A stretch of DNA of 64,000 bases, from NCBI GenBank assembly GCA_040382515.1, contig JBEIFH010000004.1:2470-66469 (forward strand). The letters run 5' to 3'. This document shows, in pieces, positions 10,273-19,671 of the stretch. Numbering within the stretch: position 1 is the first letter of the stretch; the number at the start of each line of letters is the position of its first letter. The notes under the pieces were generated by a model. That model saw only the letters and a program-made list of their open reading frames with translations, searched no databases and was not told where the DNA came from. The DNA comes from Chlamydiia bacterium. Lineage in GTDB: Bacteria; Chlamydiota; Chlamydiia; Chlamydiales; RGXB01. The position numbers and the translations under genes are program-made.

Positions 10273-11488
10273 TGGGATTCAGCTTCCTTGACTTTTTCAC
10301 CCATCCTGTTTTGCAGGCCTCTACGATAGCAACACTTTTTTTATCTGTTTTTTGCTCTCTTTTGGGTTGTGTCCTTTTTATCAAAAGGAAGGCTCTCCTC
10401 GCGGAAACGCTCTCCCACGCCGCCTATGTTGGAGTTTTATTGGGGTTGATTTTTTAGGATTGGATTTTATAGCAGGTGCCCTCAGCTCTGTTTTTGGGGT
10501 GCTCCTTTTGACAAATTTAGAGAAAAAATTCCGTTTGCCTCAAGATGTAGCTTTGTCGGTAACGCTGGCTGTTTCATTGGCTTTAGGGACTCTGTTTGCC
10601 TCAATTAGCCAAAACACATGGCCGATTATTTATAAACAGTCCCTTATTTTTCTATACGGACAGGCAGCAACGATGCTCAATAAGCATGTTTTGTATTTTT
10701 CACTGATTTCCGTTTTATCGATTTTGTTTCTTTTCGTTCGCTTTAGAGTGGTCGCCTGGAGTGCATTCGATCCGATTTTCTTTAAAGCGCAAAAAATTGA
10801 TTTTCGCTTTTTAGATGCTCTGTTGTTTTTGCTTTTGTCTTTTGGGGTTGTTATAGGATCGCGTGCATGTGGGATCATGCTTGTGAGTGGTATGATGATA
10901 GCACCCGCAATATTTGCCAGAGCTTGCACACATCAATTTAAAATGATGCTTTTTTTAGCATCAATTATGGGTGCCTTGTGCGCCCTTTCAGGAAATTTTT
11001 TGTCGGTCTATATTCCCCAAGCCCTGGGGATGGAATTGACGCTCCCTACAGGTCCGCTCATTCTAGTAAATCTTGCCCTATTGACCTTTGCGTCCCTCTT
11101 CTTTTCTCCTAGGGACGGGTATCTTGTCCGCATAGTCCGGACAATAAGGTTTTTTTTAAAAATAGAAATTGAGAATGCACTCAAGGCTCTTTATAAAAAC
11201 AATAAGATCGGACGAGGTATTGCCTGTTTACTAGCCCTTTTAGGGATGCAGAAAAACGGGCGCTTGACCTTGAAAGGGGAACAGAAGGCGCAAAATCTGA
11301 TCCGTTTGCATCGCCTTTGGGAATTATATTTGTCAAAAGAATTGGGAATTACCGGTATGCGGATCCATGAAAGCGCTGAGGAGATGGAGCATATTCTTGA
11401 TAGGGACATGGAAAAAAAGCTGACCGAGATTTTGCAGGATCCGACCCATGATCCGCACAACGCTATTATACCGAAGAGGGTCGAGTAA
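10272..11488 (+). CDS. ytgC: metal ABC permease fused to a DtxR-family repressor domain (YtgC-YtgR), interrupted by a frameshift at a T6 run
   Basis: The 61-aa ORF 10272-10457 (MGFSFLDFFTHPVLQAS...LSHAAYVGVLLGLIF*) is the permease N-terminus. ORF 10352-11488 continues it in the -1 frame (LGLDFIAGALSS...). The C-terminal about 110 aa (LIRLHRLWELYLSKELG...HESAEEMEHIL) look DtxR-like. Confidence 0.8.
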
Positions 11489-12441
11489 TGGGTAGCAATC
11501 CTTATTGGAACCAGGACTTTTTCGGCACGATTTTTTTGTTGCTCAAAAGGGCGTTTTTATGGCTTTTCGGACTCATTCCTACAGAGAGTTTAGTTGAAGA
11601 CGACGTGGCTTTTATCGCTTTGGCCGGGATTGGAACCGCCTCCGTCTTATCGGGTCTATTCCTAGTGGTGAAAAGGATGACTCTTTTGATCAATTCTCTT
11701 TCCCATACGATTTTGCTTGGAATAGTAGTTACAGGACTCATTTTTGTCTCCTTTGGGCTAAGCCCCTTTTCAACGGTTGGATTCTTTGTTGCAGCTGTTT
11801 TGACAGCCCTATTAACAATGTTCAGCACCCATGTGTTAGTAAAAATATTCCACGTCCAGTCCGAGGCTGCAGTTGGCTTCATGTTTACGACCCTTTTTGC
11901 TCTGGGGGTGCTGTTCTCCACTTTATATTTTCGCAACACTCACCTTGGGGTCGAGGCCGTTTTTGGAAATTTAGATGCCCTTACGCACCTGGATCTTCGT
12001 CCGATTTTTTTTGTGGTGGGGATAAATCTTGTTTGGATGCTCCTTTTTTTCACAAGGATGCGTTTTGTTTTATTCGATCCTGTATTTTCCAAGGTGACCG
12101 GTCAAAAAGCGGTACCTGTACTGGCTGCACAGATGTTTGTCGCCTCCTTGACAATAGTGGGAGGATTTCAGTCGGTTGGAGTGGTGATCATCATGGCGTT
12201 TTTTACCTTACCTGTTCTTATCGCAAGGATCTATGCACCATTTTTAAAAAAAATAGGTGTTTTTGGGGTGCTGGCCTCTTTTTTTGCGGCTCTTTTTTCC
12301 GTTGCTCTCTCTCGAGATATCTTAACCCACTACGCAACCCCTGTATCCACATCGGCTATCGCCGCACTTTCTCTTTTCTCGATTTATATAGTCCTTGGAT
12401 TGACCAATTTAAAAAAAGTCGATAAAGTTGAGCATTCATGA
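11488..12441 (+). CDS. ytgD: metal ABC transporter permease (YtgD)
   Basis: 317-aa polytopic protein of ABC-3 permease type. TAATG overlap with ytgC. Confidence 0.85.
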   Translation: MGSNPYWNQDFFGTIFLLLKRAFLWLFGLIPTESLVEDDVAFIALAGIGTASVLSGLFLVVKRMTLLINSLSHTILLGIVVTGLIFVSFGLSPFSTVGFFVAAVLTALLTMFSTHVLVKIFHVQSEAAVGFMFTTLFALGVLFSTLYFRNTHLGVEAVFGNLDALTHLDLRPIFFVVGINLVWMLLFFTRMRFVLFDPVFSKVTGQKAVPVLAAQMFVASLTIVGGFQSVGVVIIMAFFTLPVLIARIYAPFLKKIGVFGVLASFFAALFSVALSRDILTHYATPVSTSAIAALSLFSIYIVLGLTNLKKVDKVEHS

Positions 12442-13550
12442 TAAAAGTTGCCCTATTCGGATCGACAGGCAGTGTCGGAAAAATGACGCTAGAGGTTCTG
12501 GAGAAATTCCCTAACGATTTTAGTATTCATGCTCTAGTGGCCCATCGATCCTCAGAGCTTCTTGTAGAACAGGTAAGAAAGTACAAACCGCAAATCGTGG
12601 TGTTATATGATGAAGCAGAAGCCTTGAAAGCGGAAAGGATCTTATCAAAACAGGTCCATTTTGGCAGAGAAGGGCTTTTAAGGGCTCTGGATTCTGCCGA
12701 TTTGATGGTGCAATCGATGGCATCCACTGTCGGAATTGAAGTCACGATCGAGGCTGCGAAAAGGGGGATTAAGATTGCGATTGCAAATAAAGAGACGATC
12801 ATCGCAGCTCACCATTTGCTAAAACCTTACAATCCGGTGCTTTGCCCAATAGACTCTGAGCATAGCTCCCTCAAAAAATTATACGAAATTCAACGCCCCG
12901 TCAAGACCACCATAACCGGCTCCGGAGGCCCTTTTTTGCACCGGCCCCTCAAAGAGTTTCCAACGATCACTCTTAAAGAGGCTTTAATCCATCCGAATTG
13001 GCCCATGGGGGCGCACAACACGATCAACTCCTCAACGATGTTCAATAAAGCGCTCGAGGTGATGGAGGCCCACTCTCTCTTTGGAATGGCTCCTAAGGCG
13101 GTGATAGAGCCCACGAGCCGCATCCACGCTTTTGCTGAATATGAAGATGGTATGACCCAAATGGTCGCCTATCAACCTGACATGCGTGTGCCGATAGCAC
13201 ATGCTCTGGGGGTGGAAAGGACTCTACCATTTCCATTTAGAAAAAACCTTGATTTGAGCAAGATCGAGTTTTTCCCTATCGACCCTGAGAGATTTCCCCT
13301 TTTCCAATTAGCTTATGAGGCAATAAAGACGGAATGCGGCCCCCTTTTTCTGATGTTTCTCAACGAGTTTTTAGTGGATGATTTTCTCAAAGGGGGTCTT
13401 GGTTGGCTCGATTTGCAGCACAAACTTCAGCAAGGATTTGAGTCCTTGCCACAATTTTCGATTGATTCTATTGAAGCGATCGAAGAACTTAAAAAGATTA
13501 CTAAGAGTATACATAAATGCATTACCTCAACATCCTATACGGCCTCCTAG
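12438..13550 (+). CDS. dxr: 1-deoxy-D-xylulose-5-phosphate reductoisomerase
   Basis: MIKVALFGSTGSVGKMTLEV (NADPH loop), PIDSEHSS, NKALEVMEA. It follows ytgD as in Chlamydia. Confidence 0.93.
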   Translation: MIKVALFGSTGSVGKMTLEVLEKFPNDFSIHALVAHRSSELLVEQVRKYKPQIVVLYDEAEALKAERILSKQVHFGREGLLRALDSADLMVQSMASTVGIEVTIEAAKRGIKIAIANKETIIAAHHLLKPYNPVLCPIDSEHSSLKKLYEIQRPVKTTITGSGGPFLHRPLKEFPTITLKEALIHPNWPMGAHNTINSSTMFNKALEVMEAHSLFGMAPKAVIEPTSRIHAFAEYEDGMTQMVAYQPDMRVPIAHALGVERTLPFPFRKNLDLSKIEFFPIDPERFPLFQLAYEAIKTECGPLFLMFLNEFLVDDFLKGGLGWLDLQHKLQQGFESLPQFSIDSIEAIEELKKITKSIHKCITSTSYTAS

Positions 13551-15271
13551 GTTTAAGCTTCCTCGTCTTCATTCACGAGTTGGGACATTTTCTCGTTGCA
13601 CGATTTTTTAAAATGCGCGTGGAGACATTCAGCATCGGATTCGGTCCTACACTATTTGCCAAGGTGTATAAAGGGGTATTGTACCGGATTGCGATCATCC
13701 CGTTTGGGGGGTATGTGAAGATCTTAGGTATGGACGAGGATTCCGAAGATGAGGGGAGTTACTATAAAAGCAAGCCTTATCAAAGGCTGTTGATGGTCCT
13801 TGCAGGTCCTGTCATAAATATTCTGTTTGCTTTTCTCGGTTTTTGCTTCATTTACTTTTCCGGTGGATTTTTAAGGGATTCTGTCGATTCCTCAAAGCTT
13901 ATTGGAATGGTGGAGCCCAGTTCTCAACTCTACGAGAAGGGGGTCCGTTGCGGCGATATTTTGGAGTCTATAAACGGAAACGAGGTCAGAGGACGTAAAG
14001 AACTGTTTTTCCAGGCGATTCTAGATACAAAAAAAAGCATTGTGAAGGGAATTTCCATAAACTACTCGGCTGGCACTAAAAGTTCATTTGCCTACGAGGT
14101 GCAGTCTAAAAAAGAGAAATTTAGAGGTTTGGAATTAAATACGATCGGTTTAAGTGCTCCTGCCTCCTATATGATCTATGACTCGAAGAGGGTACGTGGG
14201 ACATCGATGCTCAGCGATTCTCCTATGAAGGATTCTGGGATCCAGGATGGGGATAGGCTTCTTTGGGTGAATGGAGAACTTGTTTTTTCCAGAGAACAGC
14301 TGCAGTCCCTTTTAAATGAAGAAAAGGCCTTTTTAACGATTCTTAGAGATCATAAGGTTCTTCAGGTGAAGGTCCCAAAAGTGCCACTTTCTGAAGTTGC
14401 AATGACACCCTACGAGAAAGAGGAGATCAACGACCTGAGGTTTGACGCCAAGTTTTCTCTGGTTGAAGATCTTAAATTTATCCCTTACCTAATCGATCAT
14501 GACGGCATAGTAGGGAACAAGTTTGAAAAAATGGAGGACGCCCTACTAAAACCAAACGATAGAATACTCGCTGTCGATGGGATTAAAACAGTTTTTGGTG
14601 CCGATGTGATGCAGCTTTTGCAGAAAAAACATGTAGTGGCGATCGTTGCGCACGGGAACTATCAACCGATTGAGCAGAAAGGGTCTGATAGTCACTATTT
14701 TCAAGAGGTCCATTTTAAGGACCTTGATAGGGTGATTGCATCGATAGGGGTGCAGGGTGCAGGGTATGAGCTAGGGAATTTACGGTTGCTAAAAAGCGTA
14801 TCTCCGATGGAAATAGAATACCAGGGGCAAAAATTCTCCCGCTTGGGGATTTCTCTTGTCGACAGACAGGTCTCAGTGAACCCAAATCCGTTTATTCAAT
14901 TAAAAGATACATTCTTTGAGATTTCTAAAATTTTTGGGCACTTAACGCAAGGGGAATTGAATCCAAAACATCTCAGCGGTCCGGTCGGGATTGTGGGGGT
15001 TATGCAAAAGGGTTGGTCAGAGAGTTTCAAAGACGGCGCATTCTGGCTATCGACGATCAGCTTGAATCTTGGGATCATGAATCTATTGCCTCTTCCTGTT
15101 TTGGATGGGGGCCACATAGTGCTCAATTTTTTTGAAATTCTTTTTCGAAAACGGTTGAGTAGAAAGGCGATGGAGCGGATTTTTTTACCGTTTGTATTCT
15201 TGTTGATTGGATTTGCAGTTTTCGTAACATTTCACGACATAGCAAAATTACTTGGGATGATAAAGTTTTAA
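13517..15271 (+). CDS. rseP: RIP site-2 metalloprotease RseP/YaeL (M50) with PDZ region
   Basis: HELGHFLVARFFKMRVETFSIGFGP (HExxH) and C-terminal NLLPLPVLDGGH. Confidence 0.9.
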   Translation: MHYLNILYGLLGLSFLVFIHELGHFLVARFFKMRVETFSIGFGPTLFAKVYKGVLYRIAIIPFGGYVKILGMDEDSEDEGSYYKSKPYQRLLMVLAGPVINILFAFLGFCFIYFSGGFLRDSVDSSKLIGMVEPSSQLYEKGVRCGDILESINGNEVRGRKELFFQAILDTKKSIVKGISINYSAGTKSSFAYEVQSKKEKFRGLELNTIGLSAPASYMIYDSKRVRGTSMLSDSPMKDSGIQDGDRLLWVNGELVFSREQLQSLLNEEKAFLTILRDHKVLQVKVPKVPLSEVAMTPYEKEEINDLRFDAKFSLVEDLKFIPYLIDHDGIVGNKFEKMEDALLKPNDRILAVDGIKTVFGADVMQLLQKKHVVAIVAHGNYQPIEQKGSDSHYFQEVHFKDLDRVIASIGVQGAGYELGNLRLLKSVSPMEIEYQGQKFSRLGISLVDRQVSVNPNPFIQLKDTFFEISKIFGHLTQGELNPKHLSGPVGIVGVMQKGWSESFKDGAFWLSTISLNLGIMNLLPLPVLDGGHIVLNFFEILFRKRLSRKAMERIFLPFVFLLIGFAVFVTFHDIAKLLGMIKF

Positions 15272-15367
15272 CTCTATTTTTTGTAAACAAAATTTCACAT
15301 CTTCCTTGATGCAAACGACGTTTTTTGAGTAGAATGTTGGACTCATACAATTCAAGCTGTTAGTTCT

Positions 15368-17635
15368 ATGTGCATTCTAAGGTTCGTGTTCTTTTGTCTT
15401 CTCCCTTTTTTTTCCCTGGCCGCTGCATCAAAGGAGATTACCTATTCTCTTTACATCTATCTTAACGGTGTCGAACTTGGAGTTTACGATATCCCCTACA
15501 ATCTTAATGGGGCCTTAACTCTAGATTCCCCCGGATTCAGAAAAGCGATTTACCCTTACCTGAATCAGGTCGGTATAGGCGAAATGAACGAGTTTCTCTA
15601 TGGCCAGGGTTCTATTTTTTCCACATTGGAAGAGGATAATTTCAGCACCCCGGTTGCGGATGATAAGGGCGAAATCACTGTCGATTACGATGACGCTGCG
15701 AAGGTGCTGTACGTTTGGGTTCCCGATGCTTATGTGAATCAAAGTTTTTTAGATAAGCGGGCCCAAGAGGTTCAAGTCCCTTTGCTCAAATCGGGCACGA
15801 CAAGCGGCTACTTAAACATCACCTATGGGCATAAAATTTTCCATAAATTCTATAAAGAGCTCAATATTCCCCAAAACCAGGATTTTGCAAATTTTGATCT
15901 ATCGTTGAATATAAAAGACTACGTTTTTCAGGGGTTTTTATATGCCGCAACAACCAATCCGGGAATTATTAACAGGGGAAACCTAATCTTCACAAAAGAT
16001 TTTGAAGATATGAAAGCGCGCCTTGCCGTTGGAGATCAGGGGAGCTATAGTTTTGGATTGCAAAATTCGATCCCCCTTTTAGGTGCTTCGTTGTGCAAGG
16101 GGATGAATGTGTTTGTAAACCCGACGATTGCTTCGGCATCGAGAAATGAATTTTTCTTGAATGCTCCTACCAAGGTAGAGGTTTATATAGATGGGATTCT
16201 GTATCAAACGATAGAGCTGCCTGCCGGGCCCCATGTTCTGCAAAATTTTCCCATTATTCAGGGTCTAAACAACGTAAAGCTCAAGATCACGAATCCGATT
16301 GGTTTAGAGCAGGTGATTTCCTTAAATTCCTTTTACGAACCAAATCTACTCCCCCCCAAAGAGATCGAGTATTTTGTAACGGCAGGGTTTCCAAACTATA
16401 ACGAAGAGGGATTCAATTACAATTACCAGTTCGATAGGCCGACTATATTGTCAGCGGTCCGTTATGGGTTTGTCGACAATTTCACTTTAGGAACCTACCT
16501 GCAGGGGAACTTCACGGGAGCCTTTTTTGGAGGTCAGGCAGTTTACGAGTACAGCGCAGTGAGAGCTTTACTGGACGTCGGGTTCTCAGCTCCTAAGGAT
16601 AAGGAGATAGCTGCTAAAATGCGTCTTGCTCTTTCAAAAGGTCTATTAAGCCGAGCACCCAAGCTCTCATTTGATTATGAATTATCATTGGAAGCGCAAG
16701 AAAAGTATTTCAGTTATTTGCAGGCACCAATTATCGGAAACCCTATCTATCTCTCTCTGGCAGCCAGGCTTTCCAAAAAACTTCCCTGGAACATCAAAAC
16801 AAGCTTCACCGGATCGTATAATTTTGAGAGGAGCAGTAAGGACCGCTACGTAGCTCAGTTTAAATTAGAGAAAACCTTTTTGGACTCTTTTTTAGCGAGA
16901 TTTCTTTTGGTTTTAAAGGGAAGAGATACTCGCCCGGCGGGGGTATCTAGTTGGAAGAACGACTATTTTGTAGCTTTTGGTATAGATTATGTCCCCAAGG
17001 ACACAAATTTCAGGCTGACGACAGATTATAACCAGGAGCTCGATGCTCTTAATGCGAATGCCAATTATTCGACTCCGCTAAAAGGGGATACCAAGCTGGA
17101 TTTCAATATCGGGGGATCTTTTCTACAGAAAGGGGCTTCCGGAACAGGTTATATGAATTACACGGGTCAAAGATTTTCTGCCGGAATCAGTCAATATTTA
17201 GCTAACGGTCCACTCACGTTTAAAGTTCCCGATTTTCCGACAAATCGAAATTCCTCTATAGCAGTGACACAGATTAACGCAGGGACAGCATTGGCTTTTG
17301 CGGATGGATTCGTTGCCTTATCAAGGCCGATCGACGACAGTTTTGCTCTCGTTGTCAGCAAGAAAAATGATCAGTTGCGTTATTTAAGGGCCTACAAGGA
17401 GAGTTTTAAGAATCGATATAATGAGTCACTTGGGTCTATGCCGGCCGTTGTCCCCTCCCTAAGAAGTTATAAAGAGACCGATATACATGTCGATATTTAC
17501 AAGAAGAATTCGTGGAATATTGAGGCGTCGGAGCAGGTAAAAGTTCGCCCCTCCTACAGAAGCGGTACTTTGATTGAGCCTAAAACGATCGTCTTGAAGG
17601 CATCGAGTAAGCCGTTAAAAAGAAAAGCGCCCTAG
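15368..17635 (+). CDS. outer-membrane usher-like protein (PapC/FimD family-like), orphan
   Basis: Signal peptide MCILRFVFFCLLPFFSLAAA. The N-terminal YSLYIYLNGVELGVYDIPYNLNGALTLD is like an usher N-domain. TKVEVYIDGILYQTIELPAGPHVLQNFPIIQGLNNVKLKITNPIGLEQ parallels the PapC/FimD segment (..V.V.QNG..IY...VP.GPF.I.D......G.L.V...E..G). No chaperone or pilin gene is nearby. Confidence 0.45.
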   Translation: MCILRFVFFCLLPFFSLAAASKEITYSLYIYLNGVELGVYDIPYNLNGALTLDSPGFRKAIYPYLNQVGIGEMNEFLYGQGSIFSTLEEDNFSTPVADDKGEITVDYDDAAKVLYVWVPDAYVNQSFLDKRAQEVQVPLLKSGTTSGYLNITYGHKIFHKFYKELNIPQNQDFANFDLSLNIKDYVFQGFLYAATTNPGIINRGNLIFTKDFEDMKARLAVGDQGSYSFGLQNSIPLLGASLCKGMNVFVNPTIASASRNEFFLNAPTKVEVYIDGILYQTIELPAGPHVLQNFPIIQGLNNVKLKITNPIGLEQVISLNSFYEPNLLPPKEIEYFVTAGFPNYNEEGFNYNYQFDRPTILSAVRYGFVDNFTLGTYLQGNFTGAFFGGQAVYEYSAVRALLDVGFSAPKDKEIAAKMRLALSKGLLSRAPKLSFDYELSLEAQEKYFSYLQAPIIGNPIYLSLAARLSKKLPWNIKTSFTGSYNFERSSKDRYVAQFKLEKTFLDSFLARFLLVLKGRDTRPAGVSSWKNDYFVAFGIDYVPKDTNFRLTTDYNQELDALNANANYSTPLKGDTKLDFNIGGSFLQKGASGTGYMNYTGQRFSAGISQYLANGPLTFKVPDFPTNRNSSIAVTQINAGTALAFADGFVALSRPIDDSFALVVSKKNDQLRYLRAYKESFKNRYNESLGSMPAVVPSLRSYKETDIHVDIYKKNSWNIEASEQVKVRPSYRSGTLIEPKTIVLKASSKPLKRKAP

Positions 17636-17772
17636 ATCCTAGATTTTTAAAATCCAGTGCGCTTTTCAAAAGGCGCTCAATCCCTTGTCCCGTCTGGTAA
17701 ATAGGCAAAAAATAGACGCATGAGAGACCCCATTTTTTAAAAATAACATCTCAATAAAACAGTTTTTTTCTT

Positions 17773-17798
17773 AAGCGCTCAAAAAAAGTGCGCTTTTT
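17773..17798 (+). terminator. weak hairpin + T-run in the usher-cfa spacer (possible terminator)
   Basis: AAGCGC (17773-17778) / GCGCTT (17790-17795) with an 11-nt A-rich loop, then TTT. It lies about 140 nt after the stop of the upstream gene. Confidence 0.25.
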
Positions 17799-17859
17799 AA
17801 AAAGGTAATTCTAAAAAAAAATTGATTTTTTTGTTTCGCGACTGTTAATAGCCGGTTAT

Positions 17860-19026
17860 ATGAAAAAGGTTCTTTTTTTGTGTGCAGTTTGCACTCTTTT
17901 ATCCTTACAGCATTCCGACTCGAAAGAGATCATCAATCAATTAACTTTTTCGGCAGGAATTCAGATTAATGGATCAGACCCCTCAGATATTCAGTTAAAA
18001 GACAATCGATTTTATGATCGGGTTTTAAAGGACCAATCCTTGGGTTTCGGGGAGAGTTACATGGAGGGTTGGTGGGATGCCGACGCTCTTGACGATTGTA
18101 TGTATCGGATCGCACGCGCCAATCTTCAATCACGATTCAAAAAAACCCCCTCCTTTTACTGGGCATATCTGAAAGCCAAACTTCTCAACCGTCAAGATAA
18201 AAGTAAAAGCCTTGATGTGATCCGTCAGCACTACCAGCTCGGAAATGATCTTTACAAAGCTATGCTTGATCCGACTATGACGTATAGTTGCGGTTATTGG
18301 AAAAATGCTAAAACATTAGAGGAAGCCCAATTAGCCAAATACGATTTGATTGCCCGTAAGCTCGGGATTAAAAGCGGTATGCGCGTTTTGGATATCGGAT
18401 GCGGATGGGGCGGCTTTGCTAAATACATCTCCTCAAAATATGGTGCAAAAGTTACTGCAATTACGTTGTCTGAAAACCAAGCTATTCTAGCCCGTGAAGT
18501 TTGCAAAGGGTTAGACGTTGAGATTAGGGTGCAAGACTATCGCGATTTAGACGAGAAATTCGATCGTATCGTAGAAATCGGTATGTTTGAGCATGTCGGG
18601 GTCAAAAATTATAGAGAATTCATGGAGATTTGTTACCGATCGCTACAAGACGGAGGTATGGTAATGTTACATACTATCGGTAGTAACGTAAGCGTCCTAA
18701 ATAGAGACCCCTGGATTGATAGGTATATATTTCCGGGTGGGCAGCTCCCTTCCATTTCCCAAGTGGGAAAATCGATAGAGGGGGTTTTTGTAATGGAAGA
18801 TTGGCACAATTTTGGAACCCATTACGATAAAACTTTGATGGCATGGTTCAAAAATTTTGATAGCAATTGGCCTAGCTTGAAAGAGAACTATTCCCCGGAA
18901 TTCTACAGAATGTGGAAATTTTATCTTTTATCGTGTGCCGGTTCGTTTAGGGCTCGCCAGATACAGCTATGGCAAGTAGTCCTAGTCAAGAATGGGGTCC
19001 TTGGAGGCTACGAAACAGTAAGATAG
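17860..19026 (+). CDS. cfa: cyclopropane-fatty-acyl-phospholipid synthase (SAM-dependent)
   Basis: Collinear with my recollection of E. coli Cfa over nearly its full length (GESYMEGWWD, YSCGYWK, RVLDIGCGWGGFAKY, VGMFEHVG, MEDWHNFG.HYDKTLMAW, CAGSFRARQIQLWQVV). The N-terminal 22 aa are a hydrophobic leader absent from E. coli Cfa. Confidence 0.93.
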   Translation: MKKVLFLCAVCTLLSLQHSDSKEIINQLTFSAGIQINGSDPSDIQLKDNRFYDRVLKDQSLGFGESYMEGWWDADALDDCMYRIARANLQSRFKKTPSFYWAYLKAKLLNRQDKSKSLDVIRQHYQLGNDLYKAMLDPTMTYSCGYWKNAKTLEEAQLAKYDLIARKLGIKSGMRVLDIGCGWGGFAKYISSKYGAKVTAITLSENQAILAREVCKGLDVEIRVQDYRDLDEKFDRIVEIGMFEHVGVKNYREFMEICYRSLQDGGMVMLHTIGSNVSVLNRDPWIDRYIFPGGQLPSISQVGKSIEGVFVMEDWHNFGTHYDKTLMAWFKNFDSNWPSLKENYSPEFYRMWKFYLLSCAGSFRARQIQLWQVVLVKNGVLGGYETVR

Positions 19027-19210
19027 TCCTTTCAATTTTTTAAAGACATGCAATAGGCCCCCTTTTAGTTACGAGACTATCGTCAAAATTCGCCCGGATC
19101 TCGATACCTCTGTAACATACAAGGGGAGTTTTAAAAGCTTGGGTTAAAGATCCCTTTTTTATCCCTTTTTTCCACTTCTCTTCAAAAAACTAGTAATTAG
19201 CCGATTTTTT

Positions 19211-19630
19211 TTGACCGACCCCGATCTAAAGTTCCATCCTAAGTTGCCGGCAAGCTTCTTGCAGCATTTTTATAAGATTCAAGAGGAGTTGCCGGCTAAA
19301 CGGGTCGGATTCGCTCTTGATATTTTTGCACCGGACATAAAAGAAAATATTACGGTTTGCGGCTTATCGGTTAAAAAATGGGAGTCTCGCTTCTGGAAGG
19401 ATAGAGTCTCTAGCAAACTGATGCCCCATCTGGAACTTTATAGTGCTGATATTGATACGACGTTTTGCTTGATTGACCGGACCTTATCCTCTAACCCGAT
19501 AAGGGTAGCCGGGGACTACACCTGTAAGCACATACCTTGGCATGAAAATTTCCACCTTACACTAGAACCGGGAGAATATGAGGCCTATATGACGCAGAAT
19601 CGATCCTCGTCATGGATGGCAAATAACTAA
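19211..19630 (+). CDS. hypothetical protein, possibly the surviving 3' part of a decayed gene (glycosyltransferase-like?)
   Basis: 139-aa ORF with a TTG start and no RBS. DIDTTFCLIDR loosely recalls the 'PIDTTFALY' block of some GT-like proteins. The upstream 180 bp have short ORF pieces in other frames. Confidence 0.3.
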   Translation: MTDPDLKFHPKLPASFLQHFYKIQEELPAKRVGFALDIFAPDIKENITVCGLSVKKWESRFWKDRVSSKLMPHLELYSADIDTTFCLIDRTLSSNPIRVAGDYTCKHIPWHENFHLTLEPGEYEAYMTQNRSSSWMANN

Positions 19631-19671
19631 CGAAAAACAAATTAAGCACCATGAGATAACCGGGAATCACC

